From the NCBI GenBank assembly GCA_951406725.2, contig OX597816.1:158844001-158908000 (forward strand): a DNA stretch of 64,000 bases. The letters run 5' to 3'. This document shows positions 37,796-50,128 of this stretch, one piece after another. This DNA is from Octopus vulgaris. Taxonomy: Eukaryota. The translations under genes were made by a program, and so were the position numbers. The notes under the pieces were generated by a model. That model made no database searches. It was not told the origin of the DNA and was given only the letters and a program-made list of their open reading frames with translations. Position 1 is the stretch's first letter; each line of letters begins with the position of its first letter.

Positions 37796-37801
<6 letters not shown>
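37513..37801 (+). mobile_element. 3' end of a second RTE family (BovB-like C-terminus)
   Basis: RHRWRKQVKEGIDTFE...LVCNVSSRVCLSRAGLISHQR (degenerate C2H2 tail), short UTR, (CAT)n tail. Confidence 0.65.
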
Positions 37802-37891
<90 letters not shown>

Positions 37892-38090
37892 CGGGATTCT
37901 TTCAGTTTCTGCCGACCATATCTACTCACCAGGCTTTGGTCAGCCTGGGGCTATAGAAGAAGATGACACTTGCCCAAGGTACCATGCAGTGGTACTAGAT
38001 GATTGGAAAACAAACTTCTCAACCACAGAATTATCCCTATACCTAACATGTGTGTGTGTATGTGTGTGTGTGTGTGTGCACATGCACGCA

Positions 38091-38140
<50 letters not shown>

Positions 38141-38399
38141 TAGTTGAAATGATAGTTTCTACAGTGTTTTTTTTTTTTGCCTACCAATTTTTGCTGAGAG
38201 TCTATTGGTCCAAATATTGTTAACACGGATGAATTACCTGCTTTACATTGTCAAATGAAAGAAGGAGTGACAGAAGACTTCTTCTTACTTACTGTTCTGC
38301 TTTTGTTATTGCTACGCTCATTGTTACAGTATACTAACATTACCACCACTACTCCTGCCTTTGTTGTTATTATTGCTACATCACCGCAGCTGCTTTGTT

Positions 38400-38435
<36 letters not shown>

Positions 38436-38534
38436 ACGTCAGCAATAACTCAGCCAATCAGGCATCCTATTTGCCCACAAACTCCCTCACAACACACACA
38501 TACACACACATGCACATTTACATGTACAACAACA

Positions 38535-38608
<74 letters not shown>

Positions 38609-38959
38609 CTCCTCTCTTCCTACTCCTCGCCATGGCTATGCATACTTAAGCTAGTAACCTGCCTCATTCTTGATTCCGAATTCCTTTTGCCAAGTCTGTC
38701 CGTAAACGAAGTGATCCCAAGATAAGAAATCTTTGAACTTTAATTCATCCGTATCTCTATTTATTATTATTATTTATTAATTATTATTATTCTGATCCCC
38801 CTAGTCGCCACTCTGTTTACTATTTCAGCCTCGCCTCGTTTTTGCATATTCTGTATAATTCACTAGTTATCGTTATAGATATTTAAGATCTATACAGGGC
38901 TGATTAGAAATTGGCTGCCGATTCTTCGCGGGGTTTCTCTTCCCTTCTCTCCCCCTCTT

Positions 38960-39411
38960 TTTACATTGTCTGTCTGGACTCCTCTCTTCCCCTATATTTC
39001 TGCACCCCCCACCACCATTATAGGTGTCTACTCTTTGAACCCCCCTCTTCAATACGCTATTTCACCATGCATTACCCCTCTCTCGATATCCTACATTCTA
39101 CTTGCCTAGTACCTGTCCTCTGAACCACCCCTCCCACTGGTGCTCCCCTATATTTCTGCACCCCCCCCATAAAAAGCACCATCCGAACGTGGCCGATGCC
39201 AGACCCCTCTGGCACCTGTGCAGGTGGCACGTAAAAAACACCCACTACACTCGCGGAGTGGTTGGCGTTAGGAAGGGCATCCAGCTGTAGAAACACTGCC
39301 AGACTAGACTGGAGCCTGGGGCAGTCCCGAGCTCCCCAGACCCCGGTCGAAACCGTCCAACCCATGCTAGCGCGGAAAACGGACGTTAAACGATGATGAT
39401 GATGATGATGA

Positions 39412-39415
<4 letters not shown>
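38960..39415 (+). mobile_element. RTE 3' UTR fragment
   Basis: One 61-bp-type unit plus the terminal segment of 30960-31140; (GAT)n tail. Confidence 0.75.
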
Positions 39416-39469
<54 letters not shown>

Positions 39470-39720
39470 GAAATATGTTATGAAAAGAAAATATAAAATA
39501 CACGTGGAAATGTAAGGGTCAAATATGAAAAATCAATGAAAATGCACATTGCAAATAAAAAAAAAGGCTATATTATGACAGGTAAAGACAAATATATACA
39601 TTTAGATTGACTGAGGTAGTAATATGAGTCATAAAAGTCATTATTATGAGATGATTATAAGATGATAATAAAGTAAGAGAACAAAACAGACCGTGGTTTA
39701 TGCTAAGCTATTCATTGTTT

Positions 39721-39757
<37 letters not shown>

Positions 39758-39758
<1 letters not shown>

Positions 39759-40120
39759 TAGCAGTATCGCCTGGTGTTGCTTGAGTTTGTTTCGACCCTT
39801 TAGAATTTGAATTTTTGAAAAGTAAAAATTTTGCATTATGTAGCTTGTTATTCTCTTTAAGTGAACATTTTTCTGGTTGAAATACACCGAAAAATGGCAA
39901 CACAACAGCCAAAAAAATCATAGAAAAAAAAGCACCTTTTTGATGTAAATAATTTTTGGTCTTAACATCGTCCGATTTGAATTTTATCTTCTACAGAATG
40001 AAGAGCAAGCCTTCTTCTATCATACTCTCAATTTTGGTCAACTTCCGCCGCAGGGTCTTGGAGGAGATAGTGTTAGTTGAAGGCTACCAAACCTGCCATA
40101 CACAGACAACTTCAGCTTTA
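39758..40120 (-). mobile_element. Non-autonomous Helitron, second family
   Basis: Shares the ctagcagtatcgcc...gttgct 3' end with 1933-2449 but has a different body; embedded in (TA)n. Confidence 0.6.
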
Positions 40121-40412
40121 TATATATATATATATATATATATAAAGGGTGGTGCAAAGGTTACACACCATCCTAATCACAAGAGAAAAAATAAAAATTA
40201 GAAAGATATGATGAAGATATTGTGTAGTGACAAAGTGTTATTTTACTGGGCCATGACTTTTGTGCCCCCGCCCCTGTATATATAAGTGATTGGACAACAA
40301 AAGAAAAAGGTACTCAATGCATTTTGTAGAAGTTACATAAACTATTATTTATAACTGTTTGTACTTATACATTTATATACAAATACAAGAATATACATAC
40401 GTACATATACAT

Positions 40413-40578
40413 AGGTGCAGGACTGGCTGTGTGGTAAGTAGCTTGCTAACCAACCACATGGTTCTGGGTTCAGTCCCACTACGTGGCATCTTGGGCAAGT
40501 GTCTTCTGCTATAGCCCCGGGCTGACCAATGCCTTGTGAGTGGATTTGGTAGACGGAAACTGAAAGAAGCCTTTCGTA

Positions 40579-40630
<52 letters not shown>

Positions 40631-40867
40631 CGTGTGTATGTGTTTGTGTGTCTGTGTCTGTCTCCCTAGCATTGCTTGACAACCGATGCTGGTGTGTTTA
40701 CGTCCCCGTTACTTAGCCGTTCGGCAAAAGAGACCGATAGAATAAGTACTGGGCTTACAAAGACTAAGTCTCAGGGTTGATTTGCTCGACTAAAGGTGGT
40801 GCTCCAGCATGGCTGCAGTCAAATGACTGAAACAAGTAAAAGAGTAAAAGAGTAAAGAGTAAGAGTA
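40413..40867 (+). mobile_element. SINE family A
   Basis: Full length. Confidence 0.85.
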
Positions 40868-40938
40868 TACATCCATACATGCATTCTAAACATGTTCACA
40901 CATACATGCATATGCAGTAGGCACATGTATCTGTACGC

Positions 40939-40981
<43 letters not shown>

Positions 40982-41345
40982 TACACACACACATGCAGTT
41001 AATAACATACCCACATTCATGCACTGAAACATCTTGTATACACACACACACACACCATACACACTCTCGCTGGCCTTGCTTCAGACACCAAGGCACCATC
41101 AGCTTCCTGTGCAGCCTCACAGTTCAAGAAATTCTCCTTTCTAACACATCTGGTGTCTCTGAAATGCTGATCTCACTTCTAACAACATCATGTGACCAAT
41201 GGCAGCGATTCTGCAGTAGCCATCATGGATTTCCTGTATTTTCCATTTGGTAATCTGAGCCCAAACAAGCCAGGTTTCCATTAGAAGCCTGTAAAACTTT
41301 GCATGAAGCTAAATCAAGCTGTTTTAAATAACAACAACAACAATA

Positions 41346-41399
<54 letters not shown>

Positions 41400-41800
41400 G
41401 AGAGAGTGGCAAGGCATGGTATGAGCACAAACTGCAGAGAATTATGGTGTCAGAGACTAGTAAAATGCTCTGGGATATCAAATAGATCAGGTGCTAGAAC
41501 ATAACAGACTGGACCTAGTGGTGGTCAACAAAATGCACAACATGTGCTATATAGTTGATGTTGCATCAGAAAGTGCCAGTTATTGTTGGGTTCTTGGGAA
41601 CAATATCAGAAGGCATATGAAGGAAATTGGAATAGGAGTGCCAAGTAGAACGGTTACAAAAGGTTTGCCTCTTTGCCACAGCCAGAATAATCAGAAAGTA
41701 ATAGATAGTTGAAAAGAACAGATGACCTGGTGCCATAGGTAGCAGGCAGCAAGCCCACTACACTTGCAAGACTCCAGGAGTTCCAACAAAACCTGAGATA
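41400..41800 (+). pseudogene. R4/Dong-like LINE restriction-like endonuclease remnant
   Basis: KAWYEH...KMLWD...EHNRLDLVVVNK...CYIVDVA resembles the RPD...D REL motif; flanked by (AAT)n. Confidence 0.6.
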
Positions 41801-41831
41801 AAAAGAAATAATGATAATTATAATAATAATA

Positions 41832-42044
41832 ATCCTTTCTATTACAGGCACAAAGCCTGAAATTTGGGGGAGGGGGATATTGATTACATCAACCTCAGAT
41901 CACAACTGGTACTTTATTTATCAACCTCGAAAGGATGAAAAGCAAAGTTGAACTTGGTGGAATTTGAACTCAGAACAAAGTGCACTTTGATCTTAGCCAA
42001 TGCTGCTAAGCATTTTGCCCGGTGTTCTAATGATTCTGCCAGCT
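41832..42044 (-). mobile_element. SINE family B
   Basis: Reverse-complement similarity. Confidence 0.7.
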
Positions 42045-42074
42045 TACAATAACAATAATAAGCTATATATATAT

Positions 42075-42875
42075 ACATCATATCAAAGGTGGTAGTGGCC
42101 TTATACAGCTAGAAACCTATTACAAAATAACCTCCATTGGGCTACAAAATATCCACTTCAAAAACAAGGAAAACTAATACAAATAACCACAAAGCATAAA
42201 CAAAACAAAATACTCTTTTCTGTCTTTAAGGAAGCTGACAAATACAAATAAGATGCCATAGTACCTAGCAACTATGAAGAAAAAGAAGAAACAACAAAAG
42301 CTCTAAAACAACTGAAATCCAAACTAAAACTGGTATAGCACCAGATCATGATATAAAATCTCAAGAAAAGGCCCTTCGTAGCAAATACTGGGTTAAACTA
42401 AACAGAAAAGAAATAAACAAAGCAAAATCCCAACAATGGTTGAGAAGATCAGGACTCAAAGCAGAGACTGAAGGATTTTTAATTGCTGCACAAGATCAAG
42501 GTCTCCCCACCAGAAATCACCAAAAATATGTAATGAAAAGAAATACAAGGAACTTCAGAATATGTGGTGATGGAGAAGAAATAATAAATCATCTTATCTC
42601 TGGCTAAAAGCAGAAACAATTTCTATTATAGTAGATATGTTAGATATAATAAAAAAAAAAACATTTAGACAAATACATAACAAAAACATCAGGACTAATA
42701 AATATATAAAACATACAGAAAATAGCATTACTAGGAACTGCTCACATCCTACGTAAAATGCTTTCAATACAGTGAAAATAAGAGCACCACAACAAACCAC
42801 AGTATATACCCAAAGCACACAGAGCTGTGCTCGGTAGTGCAGTGAAAGCACGTGATAAAAATAAGACTACTGAAT
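42075..42875 (+). pseudogene. R4/Dong-like LINE C-terminal remnant with 3' UTR
   Basis: WLRRSGLKAETEGFLIAAQDQ...RICG...INHL and QKIALLGTAHILRK; ends directly in (AAT)n. Confidence 0.7.
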
Positions 42876-42910
42876 AATAATAATAATGATAATAATAATA
42901 ATAATAATAA

Positions 42911-42974
42911 TTTTATTTTTATTTTATTTTATCTAGTTTCAGCTCAAGAGCTGTGGCCATGCTGGGGCACTGCC
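42911..42974 (-). mobile_element. Isolated 3' terminus of the CR1/Jockey-group LINE
   Basis: Reverse complement ggcagtgccccagcatggccacagctcttgagctgaaactagataaaat matches 37038-37086. Confidence 0.65.
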
Positions 42975-42976
42975 AT

Positions 42977-43015
<39 letters not shown>

Positions 43016-43052
43016 TAGGTAATATTTTTAATAATATTTATATATGTATATA

Positions 43053-43940
43053 TGGCAACAAGTACAGTGAAGAATTTCGGGTAGAGGTGATAGCTTCTGT
43101 TACCTAGGTGACCAAGTCAGTAGCAGGGGTGGGTGCACAGAAAGTGTAGCTGCTAGAATAAGAATAGCCTGGGCAAAGTTCAGAGAGCTGTTACCTCTGC
43201 TGGTAACAAAGGGCCTCTCACTCAGAGTATGACACATGTGTACAAACAGCCATGCTACATGGCAGTGAAACATGGACCGTGAATGTTGAGGACATGCGTA
43301 AGCTTGCAAGGAATGAAGCCAGTATGCTCCGCTGGATGTGTGATGTCAGTGTGCATACTCAACAGAGTATAAGTACCTTGAGAGATAAGTTGGACCTAAG
43401 AAGCATCAGATGTGGTGTGCAAGAGAGACGACTGCACTGGTATGGTCATGTGACGAGAATGGATGAGGACAGCTGTATGAAAAAGTGCCACACCCTGGCA
43501 GTTGAGGAAGAGGTAGACCCAGGAAGACCTGGGATGAGGTGGTGAAGCACGACCTTTGAACATTAGGCATGTAAAAAGCACCACTTGAGCATGATTGTTA
43601 CCAGCATTGCCCTACTAGCACTTGTGCCGGTGGCACATGAAAAATATTCGAAAAATATTCATTGCCAGTGCCGCTGGACTGGCTCCTGCACAGAGGGCAT
43701 GTAAAAAACACCATTTGAGTGTGGCCATTACCAGTACTGCCTGACTGGCCCTCGTGCTGGTGGCACGTAAAAGCACCCACTACACTCTTGGAGTGGTTGG
43801 CATTAGGAAGGGCATCCAGCTTTAGAAACTCTGCCAGATCAGATTGGAGCCTGGTGCAGCCATCTGGTTCGCCAGTCCTCAATCAAATCGTCCAACCCAT
43901 GCCAACATGGAAAGCAGACGTTAAACGATGATGATGATGA
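43053..43940 (+). mobile_element. RTE LINE copy with internal deletions
   Basis: MLHGSETWTVNVEDMRKLARNEASMLRW; 3-4 UTR units; (GAT)n tail. Confidence 0.85.
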
Positions 43941-44283
43941 TATATTTGTAGAGGTAACACACATGTAAGTAGATGTTTATGAAAAACAAGAATAAAAATG
44001 CTACTTTCTTAAAATTGACTGTGACCGCAAATTGCTACTATCTGTCTTTGTAAATTGAATAGTGAGGTCAAGACTTGTTTTCTTAGGAGTGGCTGTAGCT
44101 GTCGAATAAGTAGCAGCAGTAATAATAATAGTCATCATGGTGAAGATGTTCTGCCAGGGGTTTTAATAGAAATCGGGTTCTTTGACCCCCTGGTCTTTAT
44201 TTCTTATACACACACTCACCCGTATAAACATACACACGCTTATATAGTAAGAGAGAGAGAGAAAGAGATTTATAATTATAAAA

Positions 44284-44482
44284 ATACAGCTAAGGAAATA
44301 ATTTTATTCTCAAATGCACAATAATGCTAATAATATAGCATGAACAGGATAAACTATCCATATTCTGCAAAAACTCTGTTGGCAGCCAGATTTTTCTGCA
44401 AAATATAGATAGTTTACCCTGTTCATGCTATATTATTAGCATTATCCTGAGTTTGAGAATAAAATTATTTCCTTAGCTGTAT
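44284..44482. repeat. Imperfect inverted repeat, about 95-bp arms
   Basis: atacagctaaggaaataattttattctcaaa... / ...tttgagaataaaattatttccttagctgtat. Confidence 0.85.
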
Positions 44483-45115
44483 CTTTCAATACATCTCATT
44501 GCTTCTAAAGCAAACTTTGCTGGTTGACTTTCAATGTAAGTTGAATTAAAAGTTATAAAAATATTTTGCGGTTAAAATTATTGTAATTATATAATGAATT
44601 TATGAAGAAAATATTTTAGTATATTACTGTGGGCATGTAAATAATTGCTTGAAGAATTTTTCAGAATATGTAATGTAATTGGTAGTGCTGCATTGGTCAG
44701 TGTGAACCTGAATTTTTTTTAGGGAGTATGGTGAGATTTCAATGGCATTTAGCTGCTGCTTTTAATATGTCAAGCAACTACAAAGATGCTTCAGATGTAT
44801 GTGTATATTGTGTATGTATATGCACACACATACACACACACACACATACACACACACACACACTCAATACATGCACACACATACACACACACACTCACAT
44901 ACATGCACACACATACACACACACACGCACATACATGCACACACACACACACATTATCATCATCATCCTTTAACATCCACTTTCATGCTAGCATGGGTTG
45001 GACGATTTGACTGAGGTCTGGAGAACCAGATGGCTGCACCAGACTTCAATCTGATCTGGCAGAGTTTCTACAGCTGGATGCCCTTCCTAACGTCAACTGC
45101 CCTTCCTAACACCAA

Positions 45116-45338
45116 CAGTAATCCCTTGCCATATTGTGGTTCACCTATCGTGGTTTATTATTTAAGCTTACATTGATTCTTCCATGGTGTTGTTTTGCAT
45201 TTATAATAAAATAAATATATACAAATTATAAAAATAATAAGAAAAAATATACAGTACAGTACTATTTCTACTTGGTGGATTTTCACCTATCGCAGGGGGT
45301 TTTGGAATGTAACATGCACAATAGTCAAGGGATTACTC
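45116..45338. mobile_element. Tigger/pogo-like MITE
   Basis: TIRs cagtaatcccttg / caagggattactc, followed by TA. Confidence 0.55.
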
Positions 45339-45430
45339 TATATATGTGTATATATGCATACATACATGCATACATACATACATGCTTACATACATACAAG
45401 CATACATACATACGTATAAATATGTAAGTA

Positions 45431-45775
45431 AAAGGGGTAAAGACCCCCTTCGGTCATGAATGACCATGGGATTGCACCTAGAAAGATACCCTCCTAGACA
45501 CAAGTCCGGGCAAGGTTGCTTATGGAAGGCCAGCAGTCGCCCATGCATACCAGCCTCCCCTCTCCACGCCACCAGTGTTATCCAAGGGAAAAACAAAGGT
45601 CGATACAGCTTGGCACCAGTGACGTCGCAACTCATTTCTACAGCTGAGTGAACTGGAGCAACGTGAAATAAAGTGCCTTGCTCGAGATTACAACACGCAT
45701 CCCGGTCCGGGATTCGAGCTCACAACCTCACGATCGTAAGCTCGACGCTCTAACCACTGAGCCATGCGCCTTCAC
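45431..45775 (-). mobile_element. SINE family D, tRNA-derived, with 13-bp TSD
   Basis: A box tggctcagtgg, B box gctcgaatcc; TSD aaatatgtaagta at 45418-45430 and 45776-45788. Confidence 0.9.
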
Positions 45776-46238
45776 AAATATGTAAGTATGCACATGCATA
45801 CACACACACACACACACACATCAAAATTTTTACCACAATGTTTATAGCCCACTGCATGGTATCAATTCCACCACACAATGGTTGTCAAGAACTATTTTAC
45901 ATTCAGTGTTGAATATCTGAGAACAACAAATCTCAGTACATTTACACTGAACAATTTACCTAAACTTTCATACATATTTTTCCTCAAATAACTTGCTTTT
46001 ATAGGTAATGGAATTTAACTTTACTCAGAGCAGTCATTAATCAGTTTAGCTTGTCACTAGTTAAGTCACATTTTGGTGTCTGTTTACTATCAAATAAAGC
46101 ATCTGCACACAATTTTCCCTTTAATTTTTAATAGCCAGTGGGCATGAAAGCCTCATCTCGTGTAAATTTTTTTCCCACTGACAAAATTATTTGTGATTTG
46201 AATGTATGATAAATAGAGTGTATACACATATATCTGAA

Positions 46239-46402
46239 GCATAGGAGTGGCTGTGTGGTAAGTAGCTTGCTTACCAACCACATGGTTCCGGGTTCAGTCC
46301 CACTGCATGGTACCTTAGGCAAGTGTCTTCTACTATAGCCTCAGGCCAACCAAAGCCTTGTGAGTGGATTTGGTAGACGGAAACTGAAAGAAGCCTGTCG
46401 TA

Positions 46403-46458
<56 letters not shown>

Positions 46459-46867
46459 TGATCTTTAGCCACTACACACATTTTTTTCTCTTCTTGTTTC
46501 TCTCCTTGTTTTTTCTATGTCCCTTTCTGCAGAAGAGCATAGGCTCGAAACGTAAAAGACTTCTTCTATTCCTGAGCATTATACTAATACATCTGTTTGT
46601 TTTGTACACCACCTCTCTTCGTCTTTCGTTTTTTTCATAAACTCTCCCTATATATATATATACATGTGTTTATATGTTTGTGTGTCTGTGTTTGTCCCCC
46701 CCAACATCACTTGACAACCGATGCTGGTGTGTTTACATACCCGTAATTTAGCAGTTTGGCAAAAGAGACCGATAGAATAAGTCCTGGGGTCAATTTGCTC
46801 AACTAAAGGCAGTGCTCCAGCATGGCCACAGTCAAATGACTGAAACAAGTAAAAGAGTAAAGAGTAT
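46239..46867 (+). mobile_element. SINE family A with an insertion in its central (TA)n
   Basis: Head 46239-46400, tail 46665-46867. Confidence 0.85.
46456..46649 (+). mobile_element. PLE-like 3' fragment inserted in (TA)n
   Basis: Second copy reversed at about 50637-50793; contains GAAGAGC-ATAG-GCTC-GAAACGTA. Confidence 0.5.
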
Positions 46868-48299
46868 AATTATTTATTATTCCATTACTTTAGACTAACA
46901 ACCTTTTCTGCACATTTTAATTTATTTTGTGTACATTATTTTCTTTTGTACACTGGTTGCAAAATGTGTGAGCCACATGCATGCAACCTACAAACAACCG
47001 TTCCTGTACATGAACCTCTTTTTTTCTTTTTGACATTGAGCCAATTGGAAGCCCATACATTAGAGGTGGGCAACTCTTTTGAAACTTGGTAGAATTTCAA
47101 GCAACTTGATATAAATTACATAGCTATGAAATTGTATAATTAATGATTTATTATTTTTCACAGCACTGATGCATCCACATAAGTTCTTATATTCTTGCAA
47201 ATTGCCCCTGTGCTAAAAGGTTTTTCACTCTTATGTGGTTGCTCAGTGTTTTAGTAATAGCAATCAAATCCGCTCAAATTATACCCTAATGTCATAAAAA
47301 AGGAAGGGCATATTGGACATGCAAAAAAATAACTATGCCTTACTTGATCAGAGTTAACTTACAGCTAAAGAAAGGAAATTGAGAAACATAGTTGGTAACT
47401 TGATGGAATAGAGATAAAGCAAATCAATGTCTCATTCATTTGAAATGTGTCTTGTATTAAGACTAGCTGGAACTAAAGTAAATGATGACCAAATCCATTA
47501 GTTCCTACTCTGAATGAGAACATTCTTTTATTATAGAAGTGAAAGTAGAATTGAGTAATCCAAACTTAGAGGGTTAAGATCTAAATCACTGTCTTTGGAA
47601 AAGTCCAAAGAAAACTGGCCTCAGGAATAGAACAAACAAATAAACATTGGAAAAATGTTTTTGCTACTTTAATTAATTAATTTACTCTTCTGAGAGTGAA
47701 GGTAATTTAATCGAGTGAGACAATTCTTAGATTGAGAAATTCTATGTAACATTGACTGGTTACAAAGAATCCCTCATTGATCTGTAATTAAAATGGTTGT
47801 TTAAAGCAGTAGATTTCGGTAAAATGATATAATTTCCACAATGGCTAGAGTTCCACTCCATTGAAGCTCTACCACTTAAACAACAGCTGGAGTTCCACCA
47901 CTTAAACTTTATAAAATTGAGTTACTTCTGTGACACTAATCTCAAGTTACTAACTAAAGCTCATTTTCCTGTTGCAACACTTATTTCTATGGGTTTTTTC
48001 CACTTTGCACAATGCGCTGCAACCAACAAAACATTTGTTTATACTAGTCACCAGCATTTTTCTCTTTTTAATACATATTTCAGCTTAAAGGAAGTATTGG
48101 TTTTGTTTAACCCATTATGCGCTGGGATTTGCACTTACATAGCATGGACTGCTGAGCACATTTTATGAAAATGAGACTACCATGCATACATAAAAAACAT
48201 GAAAATAGTTAAAATATCTTCTTAGTATATAATGGTGGCAAGTTTTACATCATCTGAAAAGTCATTAGTTGAACTATTAGTCCTCTTGCATTCTGGTGG

Positions 48300-48660
48300 A
48301 TTTTGGAGCGTTTGAGTGACATTAGACCCCAACAAACGCCCATAAATGCATCTATCTGGGCCATGATCGTGGCCTATCAACCTGTGCTTGATGGCCACAA
48401 TCGTAGCCCATCTTGCTTTATGTGTTAATATTTGGGTCTTTCCATAATTGTTCCTGCCATGCAGTGAGAGTGAATCCAGAACCACAGGCAGGTGGGACCA
48501 AATTATTAAGTAATGCCTGTATGTGGAAGCAGATATTGTTTGACACTGAAACAGAAATAGTGAAAGCAGATGAAGATGGTCTACCATAGCCTGACAGAAG
48601 AGAAGCTTTGTTTGGTGCATATCTGGGTAGGAAAGATTTAGGACTTGCTATAGCTTACAA
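48300..48660 (-). pseudogene. Possible decayed Gypsy-type integrase fragment
   Basis: VLNLSYPDMHQTKLL...QCQ...DRP loosely resembles the HPG...K.LAR / CQ / DRPW region; heavily frameshifted. Confidence 0.2.
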
Positions 48661-48850
48661 AAGCAACTGCTGAATGTGATGCCTATCTCAGACATGTGAT
48701 GTTGTATTGCTATAAACCATAAGGCAATGTAGATCAAAGCAGATTATCTGCTTTGATCATGCTGCATATGTCAAGAATGTGATAGCAAATAGCAAAGAAA
48801 GGGAATCCACAAGCAGTGAATTCAGATAAGCTAATCATATCTTTTATCAT

Positions 48851-49319
48851 TTTATCTTTTTACTTGTTTCAGTCATTAGACTGTGGCCATGCTGGGGCAA
48901 CACCTTGAAGATGTTTTGGTTAAATCAATCAACCCCTGTACTTATTTTAATTTTTGAAGCCTGGTATTTATTTTGTCAGTCTCTTTTGCTGAACCGCTAG
49001 TTTACAGGGATGTAAACACACCAACACTGGTTGGCAAGTGGTGGTGAGTGACAAACACAGGCACAAAGACACACACACACATGTGCATGTGTGCATGCAC
49101 ACACACACATGCATGTGCACACAAACACAAACACATACACACACACACTCACACACACATATGAAGGGCTTCTTTCAGTTTTCTTCTACCAAATCCACTC
49201 CACACACAAGGCTTTAGCGGTCAGCCCAAGGCACTTGCCCAAGGTGCCATGCAGTGAGAGTGAATCCAGAACCATGTAACTGGGAAGCAAGTTTCTTACC
49301 ACACAGCCATACCTGTGCC
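48851..49319 (-). mobile_element. SINE family A, diverged
   Basis: Head and tail similarity. Confidence 0.75.
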
Positions 49320-50053
49320 TATACTGTATATTCCAGTATGCACCTATACTGTATATTCCAGTAGAAATGATACTGTTGTCATTTTTACATTACCCTAGGG
49401 TCAGCCCTGATACAGTAAATCTTTAAACTAGACTTTTTTCCAAGCCTAGTTCACTTTGAACAATATTTTTGAATAGTAGAGTAGTAATTCAAGGGGGAGA
49501 TTTAGCTACTATATCTAGCAAGTCAACAAACTGTGTAGAGGCTCTTTCATTGACTCATTCTCAGAAATGTAATTAATAAAGCAACAAATCTTCAGCAATG
49601 AAGATTTATATCATTCAGTCTTGAGGGAATTATGAGTTAATGCAACTTTCAGAGAAAATCTAGCATCATTTCTTTGGAAAATTGACTGTGTATGAAGCAT
49701 TTTGGGAGTTATATATCATAGATACAACTGATCTTCTATAGATATGGAATGAGAATAGATAGCATTGAAAACCTGGAATCTCTCATGCTTACAAATTTTT
49801 TATGTGGAATTTTTATTTTTTCAGTTGTTCAATTATTCTGCAATATATAAATGAGTGTTACTGTCATACAGGTAATATCATTCATTTCTAATCTTCTGTG
49901 AAAGCATGTTTGGCCATGGGGTGGGGAAGTACCTTGCTAGGAACTGGTGAGGGTCAGTAACAAGAAGGACATCAGGCTGTATAAAAACTGCCTCAACGAA
50001 TTTCATCTGACCCATGCAAGCAAGGGTAAGTGAATGTTAAGAGAACAATGGTA

Positions 50054-50128
<75 letters not shown>

